Positions 12,701-26,625 of a stretch of 64,000 nt of DNA are shown in pieces (position 1 is the stretch's first letter; each line of letters opens with the position of its first letter). The notes under the pieces are model-generated. The model had not been told where the DNA came from. It did no database searches and saw nothing but the letters and a program-made list of their open reading frames with translations. Made by a program: the position numbers and the translations under genes. Where the stretch lies: positions 95,914,001 to 95,978,000 of the forward strand of contig OX597814.1 in NCBI GenBank assembly GCA_951406725.2, in the 5' to 3' direction. This stretch comes from Octopus vulgaris. Its lineage: Eukaryota.

Positions 12701-14486
12701 ATCATCATCATTTAGCGTCTGAAATCTATGCTGGCATGGGTATGATGGTTTGACCAGGGCTGGCAAGCTGGAAGGCTGCACCAGATTTCAGTCTGGTTTG
12801 GCATGCTTTCTATGGCTGGATGTACTTCTTAACGCCAACCACTCTGAGAATGTAATGGGTGCTTTTACATGCCACTGGCATGGGTGCCATTTGCATGACA
12901 CCAGTATCTACTATGACTGCCATTTTACTTGGCTTGATGGGTTTTCTCAAGCATGTCATAATGCCGAAGGTTTTAGTCATTACCTCTGTGTGGCCCAACA
13001 CTTGAAAGGAGCTTTTCACATGGCACCAGAAAGGTGCTTTTTGCATACCACTGGCATGGGTACTAGTTACATGACACCAGCATCATCCACGACTATGATT
13101 TCACCTGGTTTGATGGGTTTTCTCAAGCACAGCATATCGCCAAAAGTCTTGGTCATTAGTCATTGCCCCTACGAGACCCAAAGTTCAAAGATCATGCTTC
13201 ACCACCTCATCCCATGTATTCCTGGGTCTACCTCTACCACAGGTTCCCTCTACAGTTAGAGATCTGCACTTTACACAACTGTCCTTGTCCATACACATCA
13301 CATGGCCATATCAGCATAGGCGTCTCTCTCACTCACTACATCTGATGCTTCTTATGCCCAACTTTTCACTGAAGATGCTTACACTCTGTCGAACATGCAC
13401 ACTGACATTACACATCCAGCGAAGCATGCTGGCTCCATTTCTTCATGCCTGTGCATGTCCTCGGTTGTTACAGCCCATGTTTAACGGCTGTGTAGCATAG
13501 CTGTTTGCACACAAGCATCATACAATCTGCCTTTCACTCTGATGGAGAGGCCCTTTGTTGCCAGCGGAGGTAGGAGCTCTATGAACTTTGCCCCACCTAA
13601 TCTTATTCTCACAACTACTTTCTTGGAACAGCAACCTCTGCTACTGACTTGGTTACCTAAATAACAAAAGCTATTTACTACCTCTAGCTTATGCCACTGG
13701 CAGTTGATGGAGCCTATTTTCTGTGCATTTTCGATGTTTCTTGTACCTGTGCATCTTCCACACCCAAAAGGTACTTTCCCTGTTAACCTTCCTTTGATGT
13801 TGCTGTACCTCTTATGTGTCCATAGCTTACACTGGGTACATCTTATGGAGTTTCTACCTATGCCTTTCCTGCAGATTGAACAGGATCATCTACCTGAAGG
13901 GATTTGTGGTTTGTCTGTCTTCCTACTTATTAAAACTTTGGTTTTGGCTAGGTTAACTCTAAGGCCCTTCAATTCTAGACCTTGCTTCCATACCTGAAAC
14001 ATCTTCTCTAGTTTGGGTAGTGATTCAGCAAATAGAACAAGGTCATTGGCTTAGAGGAGCTCTCAAAGGCAGCCTGTCTTAAATTCCTCTGTTATTTCCT
14101 GGAGGACTATGATGAACAAAAGGGGGCTGAGGACTGATCCTCATACCCTGAATTATTCACTGTATTCATTGCCAACCCTCAGCTTACTGGTAGCATCCAT
14201 GACATGGTTTGTACAGCTCTCACCAACCACTTGTCTATCCATAGTTTCTGCATTCACGACCAGATAAGGGATTGTGGGACCCTATCAAAAGCTTTCTCCA
14301 AATCAACAAAAGCCAAGTACAGAGGTTTATCTTTGGCTGTGTATTCTCCTGCAGCTGCCTTACCAGAAATGTAGCATCAGTGGTGCTTCTTGGCACAAAA
14401 CCAAACTGCATCTCATCTAGACTAACTTTCTCCCTAATTAGTTGGGCTGTGGCCCTCTCCATAACTTTCATCACCTGATCCAACAT
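12701..14486 (-). mobile_element. RTE LINE, degenerate 5'-truncated copy
   Basis: Minus-strand RT peptide LDQVMKVMERATAQLIREKVSLDEMQFGFVP..STTDA.FLVRQLQE. PHD region (WTHKR) near 13800. The tail reads as (CAT)n at about 12701 on the plus strand. Confidence 0.9.
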
Positions 14487-14759
14487 ATGTGTGTGTGTGT
14501 CTGTGTTTGTCCCCCCCATCACCACTTGACAACCAGTTTTGATGTGTTTACGTTCCTGTAACTGAGTAGTTTGGCAAAAGAGATTGATAGAATAAGTACT
14601 AGGCTTACAATATATGTCCTCAGATCAATTCCTTTCAACTAAAATCTTTCAAGGCAGTGCTTTTGCATGGTCACTGTCAAATGACTGAAACAAGTAAAAG
14701 AATAAATATAATAAGAATGTGTCTGTGTGTGTGTGTATAAACTGTAAGAGCATTCAGGA

Positions 14760-16570
14760 AATAGATTCTTTCCTAGATGGCTTCCTGAATGTGAATGATA
14801 GCTTTTGTTACCTAGGTAACCAAATTAGTTGTAAGGTGGATATTCTGAGAGTAAGGTAGCTAGCATAAGACTGGACTAGAAAACAATGGGCTTGTGTGAA
14901 AAAATTCACTACTGCACAGCAATGACCCATGGGCCTTAAGGGTGGAAGACATGAAAAGTTTTGAAATAAATGAACTCATGATACTTCACTAGATGTGTCA
15001 TGTTAGTGTGCATGAACAACAAAGTACAAATGAATTGAGAGATAAACTGGGTATAAGAGAAATCAGCTGTAGTGTGTAAGAGAAGAGATGGTACTTGTAT
15101 GGGCACGTGATGGGAATGAAAGATGAGTGCTCAAAGTGAATGGGACTTGTGGGAGAGTGAAACCTAGTAAGACTTGAGATGAGGTGGTGAAAAATGATCT
15201 TGGTGTGTTATATCTGATGAAGGAATGTGTTGAAAATTGTGTTGACTGGTGATATTCAGTGCTGCAGAAAGCCCTGATATCTCCGTCAAGCTTAGAGCAT
15301 GCACCCCTCTATCTGCAGTGCCTTTTTTTTACTCTCTGTACCACTGATCTATTGTCCATTCCATACCCTTGCAAGTCAAACCAGCTGTTCTATTAACTGT
15401 TGTGCCTATTCTACTCCCTTTCATTTCCTCTTCTCACAATGCCTTAACTGAGAGGAAAGTACCTAATTTTTGCATATTGAATATTTTCTTTCCCCAAACC
15501 TTCACCATCTACATCCTGCTACCATTCCTTGTTCTTATATCAAAAGTCATGGCCCTTCAATGGGGGAGGGGTTGCATGGTGGAAACCTTTACCCACCTTC
15601 CTTCACTCACCTGTCATCATGCTCTTTTGGACATGCTACCTTGAAAATATACTCTAGCCTGACATTGTCATCTTATGTACCTTTCCTTTGCACCTCTCTG
15701 TCTACCCAGAGTAGTATTATATCTCTCCCTACACAACACCCCCTCATTCTCCTCTAATCACTGACTCTCAGTTACTTATCTTCTGACATTATCATTTTCT
15801 TTACCTTTCCCATTCTCCTCCCATTACCCACTTCTATCTTATGGCAGATAGTGTAGCACTAAACATCTCTTTACCCACCCTGCTATCTTATCATTCTTTT
15901 TCACTTGCCCACTTATGCTACTTTCCACTTCCCCCTTATAATCCACTTCTGTCTTACAGTGTTCCTACACTTTCTCAACAATAAAACTATGTAACACCAT
16001 TAATATCAATATCTTTGACCCTGACAAATCCATCTAACTGACCTGACCCATCACTGGTCAACCTACTCAACACATCCTTTTGCCATTGCCTCATTATCCC
16101 CTCATTGATACTAACCCTCCTCTCCTCTCTGCTACTCCCATCTGAACATTGTTTTTTCTGTTATTCGCTCTGTCACCATCTTTTCACAATAAACCTGTTC
16201 TTTTCCTTCATGGAGTACTCTCTTTCTGTTTGTAAGCTGCAAGGCAACCCCAATAGTGCTGGTGCCATGAAAAGCTCCCAGCACATGCTAAGCTAAGTGT
16301 TTGGTAATCAATTTGGACAGTGATAACACAGGGCTTGAGAAGTCTTTTTAGTCTTGCTGATGGCAAGGCAACTACAATGGTGTTGGTATCATGAAAAAAA
16401 TGCACCCAGTACACTCTGTAAAGTAGCTGGTGTGAGGAAAGAAATTTAGCCACAGAAACCATTTCAAAGGATGTGACATTGATTCAATGGTTGAAGGTAG
16501 AGTTGGTCCTCTGACCTGTTAAATCTTGTCATACCATCCTGTGCCAGCATGACTTGAACTGATGGTGATA
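14760..16570 (+). mobile_element. RTE LINE 3' fragment, heavily decayed, with long pyrimidine-rich 3' UTR
   Basis: 'gatagcttttgttacctaggtaaccaa' (DSFCYLGNQ) and a GRVKPSKT*DEVV-like C-terminus at about 15150. RTE-type tail at 16380-16570. Confidence 0.7.
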
Positions 16571-17269
16571 CACACACACACACACACTCACATACATACA
16601 TACATATGTATCTATATACTCTTATTTATCTCATACTTGTTTCGGCCATTGGACTGTGGTCATGCTGGGGCATTGTCTTGAAGGATTTAAGTAAAGAAAT
16701 TGACTTCAATACTTGTGTTGTTTTTTAAGTCTGGCTCTATTTTGCTGAACCACTATGTTATGAGGATCCAGATAAACCAACACCAGTTGTCAAGTGGTGG
16801 TCAAACACAGCCACACACATATAGACATATATATATATACACACACCTCACACAGTATATGTGTGTGTGTATGTGTGCGTGTAATATTTTGGATTAATGG
16901 GCATATGTCAATTAGTATGTTAATGTGTTGAGTAAAACACTGGCACAGTTTGGGTTACCTGGTGTCATCCACAGTTGGGATATATTTCTGTTGAATTTAC
17001 TTCAGGAATTCCATAGTGTTAGTTGAGATAATAATAATTGATTAAGTAACCAGAAGACTAATATCAATCCATCTTCTGGTTACTTAATCATTATATATAT
17101 ATATATATGTTAGTTAGTTAGTTAGTTAGTTAATATATATGGTGTGGCTGTGTGGTAAGAAGCTTGCTTTCCAACCACATGGTTCTGGGTTTGGTAAGTG
17201 AAAATTTGCGAGTGGATTTGGTTGGTGGAAACTGAAAGAAGCCTACTGTATATATATGTACAGTGTTTT

Positions 17270-18145
17270 TATGTAGGAGATGCACAGGATCCATAAAAAC
17301 TATGGAGACTTGGGAAATTGATTCTCTCAAATGTCCTCGCTGCTCATTAGAGTTAGTAGATAATTTCTGCTACCTAGGGGACCAAATTAGTAATGGGGGG
17401 AAGATGCACAAAGAGTGTGATAGCTAAAATGAGATTAGGATGGAGGAAATTAGAAACCTTTTACCTCTGTTGGATATGAAAGGTTTCTCTCCAAGTGAAA
17501 GAAAGATTGTACAATGCATGTATATGGACAGCAATTCTACATGGTAGCGAGATGTGGGCCCTGAATGCAGAGGACATGTGATAATTTGAGAGGAATGAGG
17601 CTGAATGTAATGTAAGTGTTAGTGTATTGAGAGGGAAGTTAGGCATAGGAGGAATTCGATGCTGTGTGCAAGAGAGAAGACTGCATTGGTTTAGTCATGT
17701 GATGCAGATGAATACTGACAGGTCTATAAAAAAGTGCCAATCTCAAGATAGATAGAAGATGTGGAAGATGGAGATCTAGGAAGACATAGGATGAAACACT
17801 GAAGGATGACCTCAGGATGTTGAACCTTTCAGATGAGATGACATAAGACTGAGATGCCTGGCGCCTTGCTGTACTCCATATTCCAGAGCAGAAATGTTAA
17901 GGCCACTCCCCATGGTGAAGAGGATTGGCCTGCAAGAGTCCTGTGCTGGTGCCATGTAAAAAGCACTTGTGCCAGTTCCACACAAAGGTGCTCAAGCAGT
18001 GGTATGTAAAAGTACCCAGCACACTCTGTAAAGTGGTTGGCATTAGGAAGGGCATCCAGCCATAAAAACCATGCCAAATCAGACTGGATCCTGGTGTAGC
18101 TCTCCAGCTTGCTAGCTCTGGTCAAACTGTCCATTCCATGCCAGC
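17270..18145 (+). mobile_element. RTE LINE 3' fragment
   Basis: ELVDNFCYLGDQ at about 17350 and CCVQERRLHWF at about 17660. Tail 'ttaggaagggcatccagc...ccatgccagc'. Confidence 0.8.
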
Positions 18146-18464
18146 AAATTCACTGCTGTTACAATGGATAAAAAATTCTCTCTTATGGTAAAAGATGTAA
18201 AAACACCATATCCGCCTAATTTTTTTTTCTTAGTAACTACAGTGAATTTGCCTTTAGAAGTTAAAATAAAGTTACAGCTTTCAGTCTGCTAAGAGTTATT
18301 TGTTTCTGTTATTTTCCATTAAGGAAGGTTAAAGAGTCAAATGAAATATGTTGTGTCAAAACAATTGTAGTGATCAATAAATAAATGTCCAATCATACTC
18401 TTTCTTCAGGACTCCAATTTCCCATTTCTAACAGAATATAACACAACTATATATATATATATAA

Positions 18465-18590
18465 AAACTTACTTGGAGAAAAGAAACGAAACGACGCGAT
18501 GGCGCTCAGTCATACAATAATTTAATATATAAAATATATGCATACATACATGGATATATGTACGTACCTACATCTACATGTATATATACA

Positions 18591-18660
<70 letters not shown>

Positions 18661-19330
18661 AATACAGGACACCACAAATAAACGTAGAACACAACGAGAA
18701 ACGAAAGCATAAAAACAACTAGGAACGGACTTTTTTACCAACGAAAAAACAGAGTACAAGACAAACAATACAAGGAATATTCCCCTTCATCAGCTGTCCC
18801 TGGATCGACTCAATGCGTGTTTCGAAGGTAAGGACAGAACACGACCCGTCGATTCAGTCCTTCCTGCGAAAGAATTAAAATAAAATTCCTCTACAGAGGG
18901 GTAAAAACAAGGAAAGAAAAAAATGTGACAAGAACAGGACGTAAAAGCAATACAAATAAAATACAATTACAAATACAAAATAAAAATACAAATAGAAAAA
19001 AATACAGTACACATAAAGAATAAAAACAGGACAAAAAAACAAACATTAAGGGCTGTCTTTTAAGCCTAGACGATGGATAAATTCAGAGCGCAAAAAAAGC
19101 CATGTTGGCTTGTAGAAAGCTGCCAGTGAAAGGAAGTAGGTAGTCGACTAGGCAGTGAGAGAGATGAGGAGGAGTGAGAGAGATAAGGAGGAGTGAGAGA
19201 GATGAGGAGGAGTGAGAGAGATAGAGTGGAAAGGAAACCAGAAAGGGTGAAAAAGAGAGACAGGCAAAGAGGAAGACAGATAGGAAGGAAGGAAAGGTCA
19301 AGCAAAGGATTACAGAGTTCGCGTCTTAAG
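18465..19330 (-). mobile_element. Non-coding dispersed repeat, probable Penelope pLTR-type fragment
   Basis: 18500-18770 recurs at 32810-33070. Carries GAAAC and CTGATGA hammerhead half-motifs on the minus strand, and is flanked by (TA)n. Confidence 0.5.
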
Positions 19331-19442
19331 TATATATATATATATATTATTGCATCTGAGAAGAGTCATTCTCTTTTAGTGCCTTATTACTTATCACACT
19401 CACTGGTTCAATTTCCACTCATTTACTTATTTATTCACCCCC

Positions 19443-19476
<34 letters not shown>

Positions 19477-20348
19477 CTTGATAATACTAAAACTCTAGGG
19501 GTTTTTTGTCTACCCAAAATATCTCAGAAATAGTATATTTTAATCTTAATTTTTTTTGCATATTTACTTTCATATTTACTTTGGCAGTGCAGTACAAATT
19601 TTTGTGACATTTGGACCTCTACTTATTAATGAAAACAAATAAATACAATTTTTGTTTGTTATTTCTTGAAAAAAAGCATGGCTTTTGTGACGTCAACACA
19701 CATACAAAATACACACACATATAATGAATGTCATGGCGTATCAATCAACACAAACACACATCCACTATCTGTGACATATACACACACATATAGTCCTCAC
19801 GCTCTCTAAGAAAAAAAAAATGTTGACTTTTTGACATACACAATATTTTAATCATTTAGAAATATTTTTAGCTGAATGTGATTTTAAACATATAAGTTGT
19901 TTGTACAGTAAGTATTTATATTTTACCTTTCTTTAAACAGACAATATTTTAGTGTTTTTTTAAAATTATTTTCAAGTTGTTAATTTCCATTAAAATTTTT
20001 CATTTATTTACTTTTGTTTTAAAGTGAAAGAGAAGAGAAAGTTTGAAAGATGTAGGTACATGTATATGAAATGGACATGTGTGTGTGAAAGAGAGAGCAA
20101 GAGAGAGAGAGAGAGAAAGAAAGAGAGGGAAAAAGAGAGAGTGAAAGAGTAAGAGAAGGAGTGTGTTGTCATTAATTCTACCTTTCTTTTTTTATTATTT
20201 TGTAGTTACCAGCTAATATGGTACAATTAAAAATATTCCACTCCTGACAGACTTGGAAGAAACAGAAATACCTCATCAGAATGGAGAAGATGGAAACATA
20301 TCATTAATAAATTATTGAAAGTTGGCAAAAAGCACTAAAAATTCCAAA

Positions 20349-21932
20349 ATGACATTCACCTGGAAATGGCAAGATTTATGTGGAAAGGGAAAGAATTTTA
20401 CTGAGTGGCGAGCTGGGGATTTTGGCTATTGCTTTGAACAACTAGCAATCATCTGTCCAACTCATCTCATTCTTGCAATCTGCAGTGTTTATTTTGCAGC
20501 TGCAGCTCAAGACAATAATCGCAATCTTGGAGAAATTCTCTCACCGCCATGGTTTCTAATCTTACGTGTTTTGGTCACTGTATTGCTAATGATCATTCCA
20601 ATAACTGGAGTTACTCTTTCTACGTTATTAAATTACCAGAAGCTAAGTATCATGGATGGTGTTACAGAATGCATCATTGCTTTCACTTGGTTGACTAATT
20701 TGGTTTTCTTGTGGTATCTCCGAGAAGTATATTGGCTGAGCTTACGTGGACCAGTCATAATGAATTTGGCTGTCTTACTTACGCTTGCATCTCGTATTAT
20801 TCAGACTCGTAGTGTGGCACTGCATCATCTGATTCATCCAAATTTAAATAATCCAATTGAGGAGTATACAGTGTATATATCATTAGCATTTCATTGCTTG
20901 TATCTTGTTTCAATTTTGCCCTCAAGGCGGCGTGAAGATATACCTGGCCAGTCTTTCCTCATTAATTATGATCCCTTAGAGACTGAACCTCTAATTTCAG
21001 ATCATGTTAATAATTATGGTGGTATACAAGTTGATCATAGACAAGTAGAAATTGCAGAAGATGGATCCAGTTGTTTTTCCCGTTTATCCTTCCATTGGGT
21101 ACAACCTATGATGCGGCGTGGAACAAGAAGTAAAATTGCTTCTGTAGGAGACTTACATCATCTACCTCGACGTCTTCGAACACACACAATTGTACAGAAT
21201 TTTAGTAACAGTTTAATTCAATACATACTAAGCAAAGGAAGAGCTCAAAGTCAAACAGATCCTTTCTGGGATAACAATGAGGAATCTATCAATAGTTTTT
21301 CTGCATCACCTTCCATTGCTATTCAAGATCCATCTTCTCAAAATTGTGGAAAACATTCTCTCTTTAAAACTTTATTCAAAGAATATGGTAATGAATATGT
21401 TCTTATAGGCATCTTGAAAATCTTTACAGACATTTTAAGTTTTTCTGGTCCAATTCTTCTCAACTACCTTATTTCTTTTATGGAAAACAGTAAGACCAAA
21501 GAATCTGATGGAATATTTTATGCTTGCACACTTTTTCTCACTTCTTTGATTGGATCATTCTGTTCCTCGCAATTCACATATCGTATACAAGTACTTCAGT
21601 TCAAAGTCCGAGCTGCTATTATAACTACATTATACAAAAAAGTTTTGTCTGTAAACAATGTTCTGATGTCTGAATTTTCTGCTGGGAAGATTGTTAATTT
21701 TATGAGTACTGATACTGATCGGATTGTTAATTTTTGTGTAAGTTTTCACCAATTATGGAGCTTACCCTTAAAAGTTGCCATAGCTCTGTTCCTTCTCTAT
21801 CAGCAAATTGGACTTTCTTTTTTAGCTGGTTTAACATTCACACTTGTAATTATTCCAGTTAACCGATGGTTAGCATTTAAAATCCAAGATATTAGCAAGC
21901 TTAATATGTTGCAGAAAGATGCTCGTGTTAAA
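20349..21932 (+). CDS. ABCC10: ABC transporter C family member 10 (MRP7), first coding exon: TMD0, L0 and most of TMD1 (528 codons)
   Basis: Acceptor 'ttttgtag' ends at 20205. In-frame TGA at 20316, then ATG at 20349. ABCC motifs: CFEQL, AED.SS.FSRLSFHWVQPMM, SFSGPILLNYL, G.IVNFMSTDTDRIVNFC.SFH.LWSLP, IPVNRWLA, QKDARVK. Donor gtaagt at 21933 (phase 0). Confidence 0.92.
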
Positions 21933-23914
21933 GTAAGTAACCTTGTATGCAGTTTTCTTTTATGAATGTATTATTTATTTATGTGATGAGTAATTAATTC
22001 CACATGATAAAGTTATTAACAAGTTTCCCTACATAGAGATCCAAGAACCTTCCTTAAGTGTAGTGAGTAACATTTTGCAATAATTAGTTATTAAATGATA
22101 TTACTTACTAATACTTGTGTCAGTATTCATCCAGACTGAGTTCAGCTGGCCCCAATCAATAAATTCACAGTATCATGAGCAAAAGCCATCTATACCTGGC
22201 AATCACAGCTGTCCAACACAGAGATCATCAACCAGCTATAATTCAGATTGCAGACGCCATACACATATGAACTTAAGTAACTCAATACCTGATTTGATCA
22301 TTTTAGTCCATATTTTCAGCTGTCCATGTTGCCATTTATGCCAGCCTGGAAGGGACTCTATTATGACTGCATTGCAGATGAGTTTCCTGTGGACAACTGA
22401 ATGTGTGATCAACCAAGGGCAGTACAAGAGTTGTTGAAAAGAATCAATCTGACAACCATACTGAACTTTAAGGTTTGACATAAAATCCAAAGTGCTGCTT
22501 TCATCATTAATACTGCTTATGTCTGTCTTAGGTAGAGCAAGTTAAAATTCTCTGAATACTTTTATTCTGCTATTAGGTAAGCATATCCCCAGTAGCTACA
22601 GGTCAACTGTAAAAATGTATAAATAAGCCTCATTAATCTTTCCACTGTAAAATTAAATTTCTTGGTCATTCCTGTAATAGTGTTAAACATCTATCAAAAA
22701 ATAGAATTGGTATTTTCTGAAAGTCATGTTATGTTAATAAACTTGACATATCTCAACAGAAAATGGCCTCAAAGATGAAATTCTTTAACAAAATATAGAT
22801 TAGTACATAAACTTTAGGTTAGTTCAAATATGTTTGTGACATATTTTAACTTCCAAAGACAATTTCACTGCAATTTACCCCAGAGATAAAAAAAACCACT
22901 TGTTTATGGTAAAGATGTAAATACACAATTAGCAGCTCAGTAGTACCCTGCATTGGGCCCCTAGATGTATTTCTGGTTTGCTATTCCTTCTCCATTGGGA
23001 GATAGCAAAGAGAGTTAACCTGAGCTGATTAGAAAGTCATAGCTTTATAATGAATTAGTGAATACTAGTGACTGATTCATGCTCATAGACTGCCTGGTTA
23101 GAACAAAATATTGGTATATAAAACTGCCTTCTGCAGTTAAGGGTAATGAAATTTTGAGTGAATCTATGTTTCCCATAGTAAAAGGGTTAAGATGTATTTT
23201 TACATTACAATATAACTCTGAAATGGAAACATCTCACTTTTTTATAACTAAAAAAAAAAAAAACTTAATAAGGAACCTTTTTATATTGCTCTTTTTTTTT
23301 TTTTTATCTAATAATGCTTAATTTGATTTCTTCATTTTTTAAGGTATTTCTTAGGTCTTCAATTTTGATGACAATGTTTGAGAATGATATTTTAAAAAAA
23401 GTAATTGTAAGCCTTCCCCAAAAGAAGCCTATTTTTTCACACAGAAAATCTATGCCTGCTGAAACTTTCAGGACTTCTTTTATGTACATAATTACTTTAA
23501 TCTAAAATTTTTCCTAGTTTTTTTTTCTTTTTTCTTTTTTTTTTTTGATAGTTTTAGGAAGAATGACAATGCTCTATATTGAACTAGTTTGGAAGAATTT
23601 TTTTTAAAAATGTATATTACAGAGAGTTACTCTTTGCAGTACCTGTTTAGATATAAATGGATTTATCTGTTGGGAGTTATATGTCTAGGATTTGGGTACA
23701 ACAGAATGCTGGTGACAGGGTATAAACTGATGACTTCTCAACTGGCTGTCTGATACCCATCAGCATATTTCCCACATCATTTTGAAGTTTAACATTATAA
23801 GATAATTAGTTAATTTTGATGAGGTTAGTATTTAATCTAAAATCATTGATTATTAATGGGAATATTATGAGAGGTGGAAGTTGTGAAAGCTGTAGCTTAA
23901 GGAGGAAAAATACT

Positions 23915-24126
23915 TTAACCCTCTGGCATTCAGATTACTATGTCAAATGTAATGCTTATTTATTCACATTGATTTAGATTAGTCATCTTACCTTGTAGCT
24001 TTAAGATTTTAGTTACATGATTGTTAATTTTGAAAGTAATATTGTAAGGTGTGAGATCTGGCTGGTTTGAAGATAAAATAAGATCATTTTAATCAGATAT
24101 GGCCAGTTTAAATGCTAAAGGGTTTA
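23915..24126. mobile_element. piggyBac-type MITE (about 210 bp)
   Basis: ttaa|ccct...aggg|ttta ends. Same family as 39244-39459, 43046-43271, 44111-44310 and 50007-50227. Confidence 0.8.
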
Positions 24127-25322
24127 GGTAGAATTTCCTAGTATAATGGTTTTGAGTATGATGGATATATTTCAAAAGATGTAGGGAGTTGGTTGTAAAT
24201 GCCTTTTCAAATGTCTGCATTGTACTTCATAGAAAAGAGAATCTAGGCACTGAAACATATATATTTCTGCTCAGAGATGAATTACCATGTGTCACTAAAA
24301 AGGAAAACAAAATTACTTTAATTCAGATTTAATTATATTAAAGTGGTGAGTTTCCCAGAAGTTAGTAGACATAACAAGATTACTTTTGAAAAAAATTATG
24401 ATATTTTGTAATATGGTTTCTTAAACAGAATTTATTTCTGTTATGTATATTATCTTTAATGTCGAATACTATTTTTGATTTTATAAATCTTCCTGTGCAT
24501 TACTCATCAGTGTCACTTGGCTCATCTCAGTGTTCAATACTGAGCTCAGTTTCTCCAGTTGGCACGGGAAAGGCAAACATAAATCACTCCAGGATATACT
24601 CTCTTCGACTACTAGTGAATCTCAAGAAGTTATTGGTTTATAATACATTTCCTTCAATAGTTTTCAATAATCTACTATAAGGTGGATTTGTAAAGGCTAT
24701 CAATGATTTGTGCTATTGTAATACTATTTTTTTTTGCATTATTGTTGTTTTCATTTTATATTTATTAATGATGTAGATATTAAAAAGTAAAGAAAACCTT
24801 TTAGCAACACAGGTGAGAAATCAGGCAAAATATGTAAGGTAATACCAATAAATTTAACCAAAGACAAGATATTGTATTACCTTACATGGGTTGTTTATTG
24901 CTTCTAATATATTTCAGGAAAAATTTTCCTCATCAAATATAAGAAAGAAAATAATCCAAGAGGCATAATATACCAGAATGGCCTGCTGATTATAATGCTT
25001 GTTTCTCCTAACTCTTGGATTATTTTCTTCTTTATATTTGATAAGATTTATCTTTCATGAAATACACTTGTAGCATTAAACAACCCATGTAAGGTAATAC
25101 AACATGCTGTCTTTGTTTTTATTTATTGACATCCCCTCACATATTTTGTCAAAACGTTTTAAAATAGTTATATTATTTGCACATGATAATGCTTCTAGCA
25201 AATTACAATATTCTTAATATATTTATTAAGTTAAATATTTTTCTACACACATATGATACACACATGAATATATGTATCTATACCTACATCTATATTAATT
25301 TATTTGTAAATCTTTTATCAAG

Positions 25323-25550
25323 GTCATTAATGAACTTTTGTATGGTATACGGATGGTAAAATTTTATGCTTGGGAAAAATATTTCTTTGAAAAAATCAAC
25401 TCTCTGCGACAAGATGAATTAAACAGCTTGAAAGCAAGAAAATATTTGGATGCTTGTTGTGCCTTTTTCTGGGCCACAACACCTGTCATGATTTCAGTAC
25501 TGACATTTGTTACATATATCTTGCTTGGAAAGGAACTCACAGCTGCAAAG
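25323..25550 (+). CDS. ABCC10: ABCC10 second coding exon (76 codons, end of TMD1)
   Basis: Acceptor AG at 25321-25322. Translates VINELLYGIRMVKFYAWEKYF...KYLDACCAFFWATTPVMISVLTFVTYILLGKELTAAK. Donor gtaaga at 25551, phase 0/0, continuing exon 1 in frame. Confidence 0.93.
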
Positions 25551-26525
25551 GTAAGACTAATTCACTTTCTGAATTATAAAAAAACTTTATCATTTTTTGA
25601 GGGAAATATAACCACGATCATCTTTGTTTATAACTGTTTAATGTTTGCTGTTTTATGCTAGAAATGTTTGCTATACAGCATATCACTAATTGTCATTTCT
25701 ATCTTGTGAAACTGTATCCTGAAGTCTGACTTATTCATACATCCTCCTTGTTCTTTTTTTTTTTCCAAGGGTTACCCTCACATACAGTATACACCCCCTT
25801 TTTACTTAGAACTCATCCTCCATATCTATCATATCTCCACACTAGTGCAGTCATCTCTTTTGCATACATAAGCTAAAGCCATTAATGTCTGATTGATCTT
25901 ATTTGTGCTCTGCACCTCTTGAAGATTAATGTTATACACCCAATGTATCATGTTGTCTTAATTTCTTTCTAACCTCTTCATATCTCACTGCTTTGCATCA
26001 TCACATTCCTTCATATGGTCTTCATTTTGCATATGAGTTCATTAAATTTTGTCCATCCCTTCTCACCCTAAATATTATGTTTTGTTTTCACTATAATTGC
26101 TACCTGAGTAACAGAAAATATTGACTAGTAAGCAATGTAAAATGTTTATGGACTCCTTTAAGGAGTGTCCTCATTAACTGTTAAGTTTGCCAATTTGAAG
26201 TACTAATTCTCAATCTGCTTGTCAAAGGTCTCACGATTGTTGCTTCTACTGAGTGTACAATATCCTTTTCTATATATCAAAAAGTTGCCGTTTCCCTTAT
26301 AGTGCTAATATTTCATGCTCTCTTTCACTATTAGTTTGGTCTTTGCAATGTTGATTTTAAGTTCTTTTGGCTGAAGACCATGCTTCTACATATAAAATGT
26401 TTCTTTTGTAACTTACCCATACATTCCACTGTGATAAACAGGTGATCTTCATAAGATGTTCTTGAAGACAACTGATACTGAACTCTTATACCATAGCAAC
26501 AAAAACTGTAATGAATAGGACAGAG

Positions 26526-26625
26526 NNNNNNNNNNNNNNNNNNNNNNNNNNNNNNNNNNNNNNNNNNNNNNNNNNNNNNNNNNNNNNNNNNNNNNNNNNN
26601 NNNNNNNNNNNNNNNNNNNNNNNNN
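26526..26625. other. Assembly gap (100 N)
   Basis: Exactly 100 N, a typical placeholder for a scaffold join of unknown size. Confidence 0.99.

Noticed and set aside
20322-21965. ORF-track boundaries for ABCC10 (TTG start; VSNLVCSFLL tail; likewise 25551-25661)
   Set aside because: ATG 20349 is the plausible start, and homology ends at the canonical GT donors (21933, 25551). The extensions are intronic.
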